From Mytilus californianus (taxonomy: Eukaryota), in the NCBI RefSeq assembly GCF_021869535.1, contig NW_026262734.1, forward strand, positions 17,546,001 through 17,610,000: a stretch of 64,000 nt of DNA. Direction: 5' to 3'. Position 1 is the first letter of the stretch. Every line of letters begins with the position of its first letter. Shown here piece after piece: positions 37,642 through 50,008 of this stretch. The position numbers were made by a program, and so were the translations under genes. The notes beneath the pieces are model-generated. The model saw nothing but the letters and a program-made list of their open reading frames with translations. It was not told the origin of the DNA and did not search any database.

Positions 37642-38976
37642 ATGGCTAATGATGTAGAAGCATTGTCTAGAAAAATGACAAATGATAGAATTAAGAGGTT
37701 GATTGAGGGCCTACGTGGTGTAGACGCAGAATATAGCAGTGAACTTAAAACTCAAAATCAAAACAAAGAAAAAATGGCGTCCTATAGTGAAGCACTGTCC
37801 GGAAAAAATAAAAACACAGAACAAAACAATGACAACGTAATCAATACAAATGATAGTCAACCCAACTCAACTTCAGCTTCAACTTCAAGTAATTTTGTAA
37901 AACCCATATTTCTAAAAGATAGTGACGTGCATGGTTCTATGAAACCGGAGCTGTCTATGTGGATAACCAATGTCGAAATTTATATAGCTGTCGGAGAAAA
38001 GGTCCCCGCGGAATGTATTAAAGGCATCCAACGCATTAGAGAAATGTGGCGTATCTACATGGATAATGAGGAAGACAAACTGTCGCTGTTAGTGCAAGGT
38101 ATAAACCTTCGTGGTAGGCAGGTCCCCTTGCATTCACAAAACCCTCATAATCCATCTAACTTATTACAACCTGATACGATACGCATAAAAGTGAAAAACG
38201 TTCTTCTCTCAGCGGATGATGGACAGATTCATCGTGCCTTAACTTTACAGGGGTGTAATATTCAGGCATTTTCTCGAGAAAGGCTCAGGATTGATGGAAA
38301 AGTAACAAATTGTGAAACAGGAGATAGGTTAGTGATCAGTAAATTACTTGAAAAACCCATTCCAAGAAATCTTCAGATTGGGAAGTACTTAGCAAGAATT
38401 TTTCATTCAGGTCAACCCGAGTTTCAGGGAAGAGCAAATTTAGTGAGCTACGAAGGTGTCAAAAAGTGTCACAAATGTCTCAAACCAGGTCATGTAATGT
38501 ACAATTGTCCAAATGATTGGGTTTGTAGGATATGTAACATAAGTGGACACAAAATGATAGACTGTCCAACAGAACTACAGACTCATAATGGCATGGAACA
38601 AGAAGTCAATGATAAACATGAAGAGACAAATACAGAACAAGTTTTAAACGAAAACAGCAAAGATGATGAACACACAGAGGTCAATGAAGATGAACCTGTA
38701 ACAGAAAAACAAAGTAAAACTAAAGAGAAGCATAACACAGGAAAATTGGGCTCTAAAAAAAGTGGATTGAAAACAAATGACGATAATGCTGTAAGGTCAC
38801 AGCAATCTCTTGACAAATTCATGAGAACTCCAAACAATCAGAGAAGTCTTGGTTCTAGGACTCATTGTCATATACACCTCCAACACCACCAGAGGCACTT
38901 CATGATAGAACAAGTGACAGTCATGGACCAAAGAAAGCAAAAGCAAAATAGTAATCAAGTGTGTTTAACATCATAA
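37642..38976 (+). CDS. L1/Tx1-clade ORF1-like nucleic-acid-binding protein (RRM-like region plus two CCHC knuckles); no ORF2 follows
   Basis: 444-aa open frame; CHKCLKPGHVMYNC and CRICNISGHKMIDC; acidic low-complexity C-terminus; probable 1-nt deletion near 38863. Confidence 0.8.
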   Translation: MANDVEALSRKMTNDRIKRLIEGLRGVDAEYSSELKTQNQNKEKMASYSEALSGKNKNTEQNNDNVINTNDSQPNSTSASTSSNFVKPIFLKDSDVHGSMKPELSMWITNVEIYIAVGEKVPAECIKGIQRIREMWRIYMDNEEDKLSLLVQGINLRGRQVPLHSQNPHNPSNLLQPDTIRIKVKNVLLSADDGQIHRALTLQGCNIQAFSRERLRIDGKVTNCETGDRLVISKLLEKPIPRNLQIGKYLARIFHSGQPEFQGRANLVSYEGVKKCHKCLKPGHVMYNCPNDWVCRICNISGHKMIDCPTELQTHNGMEQEVNDKHEETNTEQVLNENSKDDEHTEVNEDEPVTEKQSKTKEKHNTGKLGSKKSGLKTNDDNAVRSQQSLDKFMRTPNNQRSLGSRTHCHIHLQHHQRHFMIEQVTVMDQRKQKQNSNQVCLTS

Positions 38977-39799
38977 CAATCTTAAAGTCTTTTAAAATAT
39001 CACATTTTTTATCACACTAAAAATACTTTAAAAAATATAAACAATGATAATGCCTCAGCTCAAAAACAGAGTTCAAAATATGTTTATGTACCTCCAACAA
39101 TATAAAAGATTATTACTATGTAAATATATTAATTTTTATTGGTTTTTTTTTATTATCTGTGTGTCTTATTTTAGTATATACCATAACTAAAAAAAAAACA
39201 AAAAAAACTTTGAAAAGAAAAATGTTTAAGATCAAATGTAGAGTAAAAATGATTGATGAAACAAATTTAATGAGAAGTACAAGATTGATGTCCAAAATAT
39301 TATATGTTGTTGTATATAAAACGATAACCGTAAGATTGGTTATGAAAATGAACAAACTATGTCTTGTTGATATAGAGTATGTTAATTTTTTCAATTTTGT
39401 TGTTAACATCAAACAGCTGTTATACTGGTTTTCCCAAAGTTATTTTTAATTCTGTGTACATGGTATGCTATAAGTAGACTACAAAGAATCGAGTTTATCA
39501 AACTATGTATGCCTTTAAATCAGACATATAGGGAAAACATTTCCCCGTATTCCATTATTTTTACTACTGCAATGGTAAACTAAAGGTATATGTGATTTCA
39601 TTTAAAATATTTGTATTAAACGGGTTTTTACCAAATGTATTTATAGTAACACTCTATGAACACAAGAATACATGTAAATTAAAAAAAAACGATGATTGCA
39701 TGCGTGACGGTTGTACTTTCTATTTAGAGAAATACGAAAGAATATAAAATAATAGAACAATCAGAAGACTATTAAAAAAAGAGATCAAACTCGTCGGAA

Positions 39800-40235
39800 G
39801 GTAACCATCTCCTGCAATGCATGAGCCAAGCGTCCACGGATATCTTCAATTTGTTTTAGTTATCAATTTCTGCTTAGCATGCCATATTTCCGGAAAGGAA
39901 TAGGAACTGCATACCCTTCAGAAGCAATTAAGTTCACTTCTAAAGTTACGGGCGTTAGGGTTGCTTTGGTTTGTTTTCTGTTATACTTTTTGATATTCCT
40001 CAATGTCTGTTTTAAATAGAAATGTCATGGCGCATTTGGTTTATCTATAATGCAACATTGCCTGTAATAACGCATACGAAAATTGAATACCCAGTACAGT
40101 GAACAAAGATCCAGTTCTTCATTGTTGGTTTTAATTCAAAAGGAACACAAAACAGATAAAACAAGGACAATACAGATATAGCTTGTACTGCAGGGACAAC
40201 ATCATTTTTTGTCAAGGAGGTAGGAGAGATGTTCA
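39800..40235 (-). mobile_element. Internal and 3' fragments of an older Naiad-related element
   Basis: Minus-strand PTSLTK...SVLCSF*IKTNNEELDLCSLYW matches the decayed region at ~9440-9620; a 3'-UTR-like segment lies at 39800-39950. Confidence 0.55.
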
Positions 40236-42156
40236 TAAAAAAATGAGTCTATAATGATACATGAGTTCTTATTTTGATTTGTATTAACGTCATCACAACC
40301 TCAACCGAGTAAACAGATTATCTATCGCAAAGTATCTAAACAATCATAATATACAACACAACATAACCGCTGACGAGGTTCATTTCCCGACTTGAAATAG
40401 GCACACACTTGGATATCGGAGTTTATTTTATATAATTTCAAACATAGGATGTTGCATGATTGAACATTTAATAACAATCATTACATGAACAGTTTACATC
40501 TTTTTAATAACGGAATAACAGATAAGAAAACACAGATAAAAACAAAACTATACTGATAATATTATACCATATCAAAGAATGCTCACAGTTCATAAAAACA
40601 AGCTAGATATGAAATTATGCCGTCCGACGCTCTAATATTGGTGGCAATACTTCAAGAAGATTTCAGTCAGTAACTGTAGAACCGACGTCTTGCAATATTC
40701 AGACAATACAGCAAATAATGCATGACAGAAAAACCAAATAAAGTCGATCAAGTTTTCTTTCTAAGTGTAATTTGAACTTTTGAGTACTTATCTTTAAGAA
40801 AACTGACTAAATATCACAACAACAGTAAACATATAAAATGTATTATGACAGCAAAAAGTCATTAAACTAAAATGACTGAGTTTTGAAAGGGATGGAAAAT
40901 AATTAACAATGTAAAAGATGAATAAAAAACGTGTCTAGTAAAACGTTTTTAGAGGAAGAATTGTTCTGTACATAAGAGGACAATTGGGAAAACACATCTT
41001 GAACTAGCATACAATAATACAGAAAAAAAACTATAGTGTATGTATTCTTCCTCTTTGTATACTAAACATAAATTTCATCAGGAATATATGATTTATTCAA
41101 CGAACGTAACTTATCTGATACATTAAAGTCCATTTATAATTTCAATTATTTTATTGTTGCTGCATTTCCTGCATTTTCTTTTCTTTTTTTTTTTTGACTA
41201 TGTATTTATCCTTTCGTTTCCTGTTAAGAAAAAAGATAGGATAAGTTATTGAAAGAAAATGATCGTTCGTAAATAGACTCCAACATACAATACATCTCAG
41301 GTAAGTACATTTGGTTATTCATAATTTGAAAGTTTCTTTGTAATGTTTTGTTTACAATCTTTGAATCCTTTTGGTATCTTCTTTTATTACTCAAAGATTC
41401 GTCAAATATTTTTTACGATGTGTCATGATTTTAACTTACATTTTTCATAAATTACCATAATCTTGTATAATCTAACCGAAAGTGCGCTTTACAATACCTG
41501 TCTTTACATATTAAGGGTTTCTAAAAACAATTTGGAAAATAACTAAGCTACAATTGTACCAATATAATCAATATTTTCAACAAAGAGATCTTTACAGGCA
41601 ACATAACTGTACTTGATTATTACATGTATAAGAATAAAAATGAACTTAACATTTATTATACCTACACCTACATAATGCAACTCATTTTATTCAGGATTAA
41701 CAATCACAATTAAACCTTTGCTCTTAAAAATGTAAAAACCAAACCTTTATATTGATTGCTTGTGTTCTTCACCCGGTACAGATATAGTACTGTAAGCCAT
41801 GTTATATCCGGAAACATTAACATCGTAAATAATGAAAAACTAAGAGTCTCATAGTTACTAACCAAAGGCCTTAGATGTAGAATTCCCTAACCAATAAACT
41901 ATAAATAGATCTTCAGGTAACAAGTATATGCAGTTAAGGACAACGCTAAAAAAATTGGTTAGGGGAAGACCAGAGAGACCTTAACTGAATACTTTGTTGG
42001 AATGGACAAGCAATGTTGGTTCTGCAATTTTGAAATGCATTGAGAAATTTTGTACTATATAAACTAACGGTATTTTGTATTTTGGATACGCCTTTGATAA
42101 TTCATTGTCTAAAATGTCGTTTATATAGTATTCATTTATTTGTTGTTTACCTATAA

Positions 42157-43246
42157 AAACTAGAGGCTCTAAAGTGCCTGTGTCGCTCACCTAGGTCTAT
42201 GTGCATATTCAACAAAGGACACTCTCCAACATTGTAGACGAGAATATAATTCATGACAAAAATCTCTTTTTTGTTGATCTTGTATTGCTGATCCTTTTTT
42301 TCTGTTAAGTTTCCCTCTATCTTCTTTAGTTTTGCTCAAAACACAAAAGAGGTTAAAAAAAATTCCTCCTTTAAGGGCAATCACTCCTATAAAGAGTGAC
42401 AGTCTACTCACTATATCGGCAGAATTTGACTTGTTTGTAGTTCTTGCGTTGCAAATCATTTTTGCTAATTCAAGTTTCTATTCGTCAATATTAATTTTTA
42501 TCATATAAGGCAAAACGCAAAATAATTGGTTAAATTCATCATTAATGGGCAATAACTCCAAGAAGGAGTCGTTGGATGATTTCCTTCATTTGCCTTAATT
42601 GTATATCGTGTCTTGCTGATCATTTTTGCTTATTTAAGTTTCTATCTATCCATTATAATTTTTAAGATATGAGGCAAAAACGCAAAAAATTGGTAAAAAT
42701 CGTCATCAAAGGCCACTTACTCTTATAAGGAGTCGACTGACGATTTCGACTATGTTAGACTTATATGTAGAACTTGTCTTGCTGATCATTTTTGCATTTT
42801 AAAGTTTCTCTCTGTCTATTATAGTTTTCAAAATAATAGCCAAAAATGAAAAAAAGTGGTAAAATTTGTCATTTAAGGACACTAACTCCTATAAGAAGTC
42901 GTCTGATAGTTTTAACGTATATAAACAATTGGTAGAGCTCAACATTCTGAACATTTCGGCCACTGTCAGATTTTCTCTATTTATAACTGTTTTTAAATAA
43001 TGGATAAAACTTGCATTTTAACCCTATGTTCTATTTTTAGCCATGTCGGCCATCTTGGTTGGCAGGCGGAGTCATCGGACACAATTTTTAAAATATATAC
43101 CGCAATGATGATAGCGGCTAAGTTTGGTTAAATTTGGCCCAGTAGTTTAAGAGGATAAGATTCTTGTAAAACTTAACGACGACGGACGATGGAGGCCAAG
43201 TAATGAGGAAAGCTCACTTGGCCCTTTGTGCCAGGTGAACTAAAAA
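42157..43246 (-). mobile_element. HINE-like element with ~165-bp tandem core, in the intron after the gene B transmembrane exon
   Basis: 5' TTTTTAGTTCACCTGGCACAAAGGGCCAAGTGAGCT plus (GTC)n; units near 42509, 42673 and 42838; 3' GGTGAGCGA plus palindrome AGGCACTTTAGAGCCT. Confidence 0.8.
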
Positions 43247-43281
43247 TGAATCAGACCGATGCGGTTCTTCACATTATTTAC

Positions 43282-43369
43282 CTCATTCGTCGTTTCCTGT
43301 ACTTGGTCAAGTAGACTACTCCGATGCTAAAAACTATAACTGGCAACAACGCAAGGAACCATAAAAATT
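43282..43369 (-). CDS. Gene B exon 4: transmembrane helix (K)FLWFLALLPVIVFSIGVVYLT plus KYRKRRM(R)
   Basis: Acceptor TTTCTATATTTTTCAG|, donor AG|GTAAAT, 88 nt, phase 1 to 2. Confidence 0.85.
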
Positions 43370-43570
43370 CTGAAAAATATAGAAAGTAATACTTATTTAC
43401 AGGTAAGGTTTCGATAAGCCCAATATTGTTTTTCTTCTTGAACGGGTGAAAATTATCAAAGAGAAAAATTGCCCTCAATTTATAGATGATGGTCTCATAT
43501 GAAGATTGTATCTGAATGTCATCACTGGTGTTGTAAAAATGTATGTGTATGGAATATTGTTTTAACTTCA

Positions 43571-43918
43571 AGAGAGATGCGGATTATACCAAAGGATTAT
43601 TCAAACTCATAAGTCGAGGGCAAACTGACAACACCTTGGCAGAAAACCGATAAACGACCAAAGAGGAAACAATCTACACACCACAACATAGAAAGCTAAA
43701 GATTTAGGCACACGAACCCCACAAAAATCGAGTGTTTAGAAGGTTAAGCAGATCCTGCTGCATATGGGACCCCGCCGTGTTTCCCATGGAAGTACAGATT
43801 CGGTGATAAATCTAGTTTCGTGATGTCACATTCAAAGAAAGAGGACGGGATTGTAGTTATGACAATTGCAACATATTTGTCGTCAAACAGATAATCCATA
43901 CCGGTCAGCCAACTCGTG
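43571..43918 (-). mobile_element. Naiad 3'-end copy
   Basis: Reverse complement matches 10600-10958. Confidence 0.8.
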
Positions 43919-44108
43919 TTTCATAATGCATACCAATTTCTTTTTACATGTTTAACAAAAATACCAAAAAGGACTACATAATATTACATTCAGATATTAA
44001 AATATTTAATTAGTCGTGAATTTAATTTAAAGTTTGCATAGAATTTTCACATCATAAATATTAAAAAGAAATTTAAAGAAATAATAAAATAATGCCAAAT
44101 ATACTTAC

Positions 44109-44624
44109 TATAGGTATTTTCAGTATTATTTGGAACATGACCTCCATGATTGGGTGTTGTTACTAGTATTGATGATTCCGTTGGTTTTGTGACAGAACTT
44201 GTGATAGTATGATATGTGGTATTATTTCCTCGATTGTCGAATTTCATATATGAAGACGTCTGCCAATGAATTGTGCTTTTTGAAAACAGTATTGACACTG
44301 AGGATAAGTTGAATACTGATGACAGTGTCGGTTTATTATGCGGTGATAAGATGCCAAGGGTCTGTGCCGAATAATATTTTGAAGGCATGTGTTTAGTAAT
44401 AGTTGGCGATCCAGATATTTCTAAATCAGACGTTAATGAAGAATACAGTTGAGTATAACGAACGGTGGATGTTAAAGCTGATGTAGATGAAACATAAAAG
44501 TTTACTTCTCTTGATGGCGATATCTGAACTTCAGATGTTTGCACAGGACACATATTCTTGTTGGCAACACACATTCCAGTTTGACACCTATACCCACCTT
44601 CTGGACAATTAAGTGCGGCGTCAC
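44109..44624 (-). CDS. Gene B exon 3: half-LDLa CPEGGYRCQTGMCVANKNMC plus Ser/Thr stalk
   Basis: Acceptor AATTTATTTAAG|, donor A|GTAAGT, 516 nt, phase 1-1. T+GT completes the LDLa Cys. Confidence 0.9.
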
Positions 44625-45009
44625 CTTAAATAAATTATTAAGTAAATATATCAAAACAATGTAAATTTGTGTTATACGCACCATATTTTAGTAACAGAAT
44701 GTCAATTATCAAAACTACCTGTCAGATTCGGGAATATATTCGAAAAGGTAAAAACTCTCATTGTTATGCAAATGATACCTCGAGTACATAGAGAACGATA
44801 TAGGTTATAATTATAAAAAATAGGAAAAAGGCTAATCATACTATTATGCTAGATGTACTTTGCCTCTTCGCGCTCGTGCTATCTACATTTTGTAATTAGC
44901 ATCGTTTATCCAATGTTTAACCATATTATCAATTGTCAAATAGTATTTTCAAAGAAAAATCAAATTCAGACAAAATCTTACTATAAAAAAAAAACTTTTA
45001 TTTACTTAC

Positions 45010-45124
45010 AATTGATTTCATCAGACTTGTCTGCACATTCAAAGGACAAATCACACTTATTTATACTTGAAACACATTGTCCATTTGCACATTGAAATTG
45101 ACCTTCATTGCATGATTCTATTAT
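45010..45124 (-). CDS. Gene B exon 2: LDLa module (absent from the ORF track)
   Basis: IIESCNEGQFQCANGQCVSSINKCDLSFECADKSDEIN(C); acceptor TGTTTTATTTATATAG|, donor T|GTAAGT, 115 nt, phase 0 to 1, same length as the gene C exon. Confidence 0.92.
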
Positions 45125-46540
45125 CTATATAAATAAAACAGAAGAATACGAGTAGGCATGCTGAATTTCAAAGAAAATACATAAACGAAAATAGAAGAAA
45201 TTTGTTTAGAAAGTAACACTAAACTTACATATTTCTGAAGACCTAGAAAGTTTTATATACCAATATGTATGCATATACAACAACACCATGTCATGTGCAT
45301 GTAACAGTACAAAGTGGAGGTCACCAGGATCAATAATCCTGCTATTACAGATTGCAATTCTATTATTTACTAGTACAAATTGGGACATCCAAATTTGTAC
45401 TAGGAGGGTTATGGATTGTACTTAATTTCTAGTAGGATCCAATAAATTACTTAAATAATGATAAGTATGAAGCTGGTTTCTACTGGATTTTTTTAATCAT
45501 TTATTTGATTTACGCAACATGCTTAAGCACTTCATAAGCAGTAAGACAAAATAAATGATAATATAATGCCACTTTCAATACTTTATTATAAACAACATAT
45601 GGTAAAATACAAAAACATTCGTAATGTTTTTAATTTATGATAACACTTTTGTTTTTGGTATTTTATAAAGAAACAATTTTGACTTTACAAAATGACAAAG
45701 TTAAGTAACAGATTTTGCGTAGATTAACAAGATTGTCTTCTAGATATTAATTCTGAGACATTATTGAAAATATATTTTTTTTTATTTTGATAAATTTGTA
45801 TCAACAGACACCATTAACATAAACGAAATAATATTTATGTGCTAGACAGACAATCTTTAAAATACTTCCCACACAATTTTGATGTTGGTTAAGAATGTCC
45901 TCATAATTACTCACACACAATGTACCAATTTGCAGGTGTTTTCCCATATATAAGTATGTAATATTTGATCAATGTTTGATACTGTTAAATTAAATAAAGG
46001 TTGAAGGACTTTTAGAAAAAGGCTCTGCTGCTGAATACATTAGTTTGATTATATAAGTTTATTTCGTTACAAAGAAGAAAAAACAATATTTCTTTTATTC
46101 TGTCTTTTATTAATCATCTAATATAATTCAGGATCTTCCTAGTACAATCTGGACTTTTCAATTTCACTATTACTTATTGGAATTCAGATATTTTCTAGGA
46201 GGATTCCGGATTCTACAATCACGTCCGTATCAAAACAAGTCAAAACGGCCAAATAAAGTACGGAGTTAACGAGCATTGAAACCCAAAATTCTGAAAGGCT
46301 TTGCAAAATACAGCGTGTGCAATCTATTCCTTAATTAGATACTCTTTAGTATTTCGAAAAATTCAAACATTTGTAAACAGTTAATTTATTGATATGACCA
46401 TGTCAATGATAACTAATGAGAACACGGAAGTGATGACTACTGCGATGGAGATGACCTCCGGGAGAAAACATCAACCAGCAGTACAATCGACCCAATGGTT
46501 GTCAATAAACTTATCAAGATACCAAGCTTAACATTTTGTG

Positions 46541-46584
46541 GGCCAGACGCGCGTTTCGTCTACGAAATATTTGTCAGTGACACC
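46541..46584 (-). ncRNA. Minimal hammerhead, 5' core and stem II mutated
   Basis: GTGTCA-CTGACAA-ATATTTCGTAGAC-GAAA-CGCGCG-TC-TGGC. Confidence 0.7.
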
Positions 46585-46896
46585 CGAATCAAAAAATTAA
46601 AAAGAACAAATAATATACGAAGTTAAAGCGCATTGGGGACCGAATTCTCGAAAGGTTTTACGAAATATAGGTAAGGAAATCTATTCTTGGGGTAGAAATC
46701 CTTAGTATTTTGACAAATGCAAACATTTTCAAACAGTAATTTATAATTAAGACCATGCCAAGGATAGTTCATGTCAACACAGAAGTGATGGCTAATGGGC
46801 TTGTGATACCATCGGGGAGGAAACATCCACTAGCAGTGGCATCGACCAAGTGGTTGTTAATAAACTCATTATAGATACCAGGCTTAACATATTGCA

Positions 46897-46939
46897 CGTC
46901 GAAAGCGCGTTTTATCTATAAACGATTCATCAGTGATGC
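46897..46939 (-). ncRNA. Minimal hammerhead, GAAA changed to AAAA
   Basis: GCATCA-CTGATGA-ATC GTTTATA GAT-AAAA-CGCGCT-TTC. Confidence 0.65.
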
Positions 46940-47271
46940 CCGAATTAAAAGAGCTAAAAAGGCCAAATATATTGTCTGTGTTGAACCGCATACGATTTGA
47001 ATGTTTGTACATGTTGAATACACCTGGATATTCCATCCTTATTCTGAGTTCAATGTGCATTGCACTCATGTTTTTTTTATTTTTCATGAATGTTTCACTA
47101 ATTTTTCATGAATGTTTCACTAAAACATGTGCAAATTGAAGCAGCAGATACATGAGCGATTTCAGTTATCTTATCGGTAACAAATAAACAGTCTATTTTA
47201 ATAAATTGTTATTGGAGCTTTAAATCCTACTACCTTTCTAACGCGTATATTGGTCATTAAGTATGACTTAC

Positions 47272-47337
47272 TGTTGTACAATGTGATATAAGTATTGCCA
47301 AAGCAGATACAGAAAATACGTTTTGTGTCTTCATCAT
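47272..47337 (-). CDS. Gene B exon 1: signal peptide MMKTQNVFSVSALAILISHCTT
   Basis: ATG at 47337, 22 codons, donor ACA|GTAAGT in phase 0, matching the acceptor at 45124; MKT start as in gene C. Confidence 0.75.
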
Positions 47338-49766
47338 TCTAGTAATTTGTGCATTCTTCTTTTATCTAAAAGAAGACTTATATGCATTTGTTTTATAAAG
47401 TGTGTGTATTGTCTAGGACTATGACTTATAAACCGTGAGATCTTAGTTGTGCATGCTATAACTAGTTTATGTTGACTAATTGGCGAAACAAACTGACGTT
47501 TTGTTAAATAGAGGCATATTGTATTTTTATTTTGAAAAGATATTTAATTGTAACGACATGTACCAGATCCATTTTGTTTAGTTTCCCCTCTCGATTGAAA
47601 TTAATTGTATTTTTTCGTAAAAAATGAGAAGGTACGATAAGGCAATTTGTTTGTTCTATTAAGTTAGAAATTAAAAGACATATATAGAATAGAATCCACC
47701 AAATTTTCTAATGACTTTTATGTAAGTCTGTCAGATATAGATATATGTTTGACTTGTCGTATGAATCTTATATAATTAAAAAATATGGCATCAATGCAAA
47801 TCTGAAATGTCCATAAAAAATGGTCTCCTATTTGGATCTTTTCAAGGTATAAATATATGAATCAAAGGCTTTTACATTTTTTATGAGCAACACAATGGAT
47901 CATATCATATCATGCAATATAATTGTGTACATCCAACAAGTGTAGATCTTCTTATATAAAATATGAATTATGTTTTTTTGTTCATATACGTTTATCTTGT
48001 TTCTCAATAGACTAAATGCCACTCTAATAATGCGTAAACCAGCTTTTATATGTCTCAATATGATTAAAGAATGATAAATTTTGCTAAGGAATGACTCGAT
48101 TGTATTGAAAGTGATACAGGATTGTCTGCAAAATTGTACAAATAAAATATGTTAAAAAAAAAAAATAACTTACCTTTATGGAGGTTAAAATTGTATTTCG
48201 TCTCAGGTGATCTATAACTACTATCAATGCATCAATATGAAACTAATAATTGTTTAAACAGATTGGGAAACCCCCAAGATAACCACATTATTTCATGTAA
48301 ATAATTAGGTAGGTTATTAGACAATATCTATTCAACAGTTGTGATTTACCCTCTACGCTCAAATTAAAAAAATAAATAAGAAAAAAAAATACTTGATTAC
48401 CTGAAAAGCTACATAGAAAAACTATAACTGTTTACATAGGAATTTTTGTGTCGACGATTTCGGTCTCGCTTCGTTTGGAGTTGATGCAATTCCCTCAGCT
48501 TCTGTTTTATTTTATCTTGATTTGTCTTCCTAATTGATTTCGGAGATTAAAACAATATTGAACAATTGTTCATCTGGAATATTTTAGGTATAGTTTACAT
48601 TTCAAAGCCCAAAATAGTTATATGGGCATTGTTTTTCTCTTTTTTCCCCAGAAAATGCCGGTACCAGACGAAAACATGTGACAATTGTTTTTCCAGGCCT
48701 TCCATTGGTTGATATAGTCGACCGTTTGGTTTGATAGTTGTTATGGACTTCACCTGATTGAATTTACCTAGGAGTTCTGTATTTTCGTTTAATGCATTCA
48801 TTTAAAATTTGTTTCTTGTAAATTTCTATTCTATCTTATAAAGTTCGTAGGATAGATGATTGGGAAGCCTAGAAAAACAACTCTTATCGTTAGCTGATCG
48901 ACTTTATATATAAATATAAATACACGGTGTAAATGTACGTCAGACAGGGTCGACCTGATTTTGAACAGCGAACAATGCTAATTTTTCTAGTCAAGGTCCA
49001 TTTATTGAATACTATGATTTATTATATTAACTGTACTTTGTGTATAAAATGGTTGCATGTGTTCATATTCTTCTTGGAGAATTAAACTGACCTTAACCAC
49101 ATTTTCTTTCCACGAAAATTGTTAAACTCCGTTAACTTTCAAATGTGTGTCTTAAAGACGATTTAAACCAATTCTCTATAATACATGGTTAAACCGGGTA
49201 ATGATGTTGTAAACAAGATGAAAAACGGGGTCCTTCCATTTTGACATGACGTATTACTTGCCTTCCTTGCACAGTTATACAAAAATTTTGGCGCAAAGAG
49301 AGACTATTATAACCATCTCCATTCAATTGTCGTTCCTTTCGTGCGTTTAGTTCCTTACAATGCGCAGTTTAACGAAATTAAGCAAACTGCGCGATGTGTG
49401 GTCACTAACAATCGTTTTGCAATGCGTTTTCACTTATTACTCAATTGATTTACTGTTACTATAGTCGTGAAATATTGTACATTTCACAGGCGAAAATACA
49501 ATACGTTCTACAATTTGATGCATATAACACATAAGTATTTACCCTTTAATGGTCTTTTGTTGGTGGTCCATTACCGTACTGTTTTTTAGATATTTTCGCG
49601 TGGATCTTTTTTGTCGGAGTAGTTTGGACACAGTAAAGTGAGATGAAAAATCAACCTTTTTACTGCTCTATGTACAGTTCATAGTAACCATAGAAACCCT
49701 CAATTCATTGCATGTGAATATGGAAGAACTTTTGTTGTTACTTGATATCTCATTTATTCATTCAAA

Positions 49767-50008
49767 TATAAAAAAAAGATGTGGTATGATTGCCAATGAG
49801 ACAACTCCACAAGAGACCAAATGACACAGAAATTAACAACTATAGGTCTCCGTACGGCCTTCAACAATGAGCAAAGCCCATACCGCACAGTCAGCTATAA
49901 AGACCCCGAAATGACAATGTATAACAATTCAAACGGGAAAACTAACGGCCTAATATATGTACAAAAAATGAACGAAAAACAAATATGTAACACATAAACA
50001 AACGACAA
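49767..50008 (+). repeat. Well-preserved SINE-like repeat
   Basis: AAAAGATGTGGTATGATTGCCAATGAGACAACTCCAC...; same family as 1660-1800, 19070, 36175 and 57060. Confidence 0.8.

Larger units (their letters stand above)
46215..46975 (-). mobile_element. Tandem retrozyme array (~2.1 monomers, period 356 bp)
   Basis: GATACCA(A/G)GCTTAACAT at 46518 and 46874; each unit carries a hammerhead and the ACCACTGGGTCGAT-type leader. Confidence 0.85.

Noticed and set aside
39000-39500. ORF2 downstream of the ORF1, and ORFs 39116-39412 and 39159-39449
   Set aside because: Low-complexity AT-rich sequence with no APE endonuclease or RT motifs.
47082-47125. 22-bp direct duplication (also short ones at ~5890 and ~56745)
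   Set aside because: Ordinary slippage duplications.
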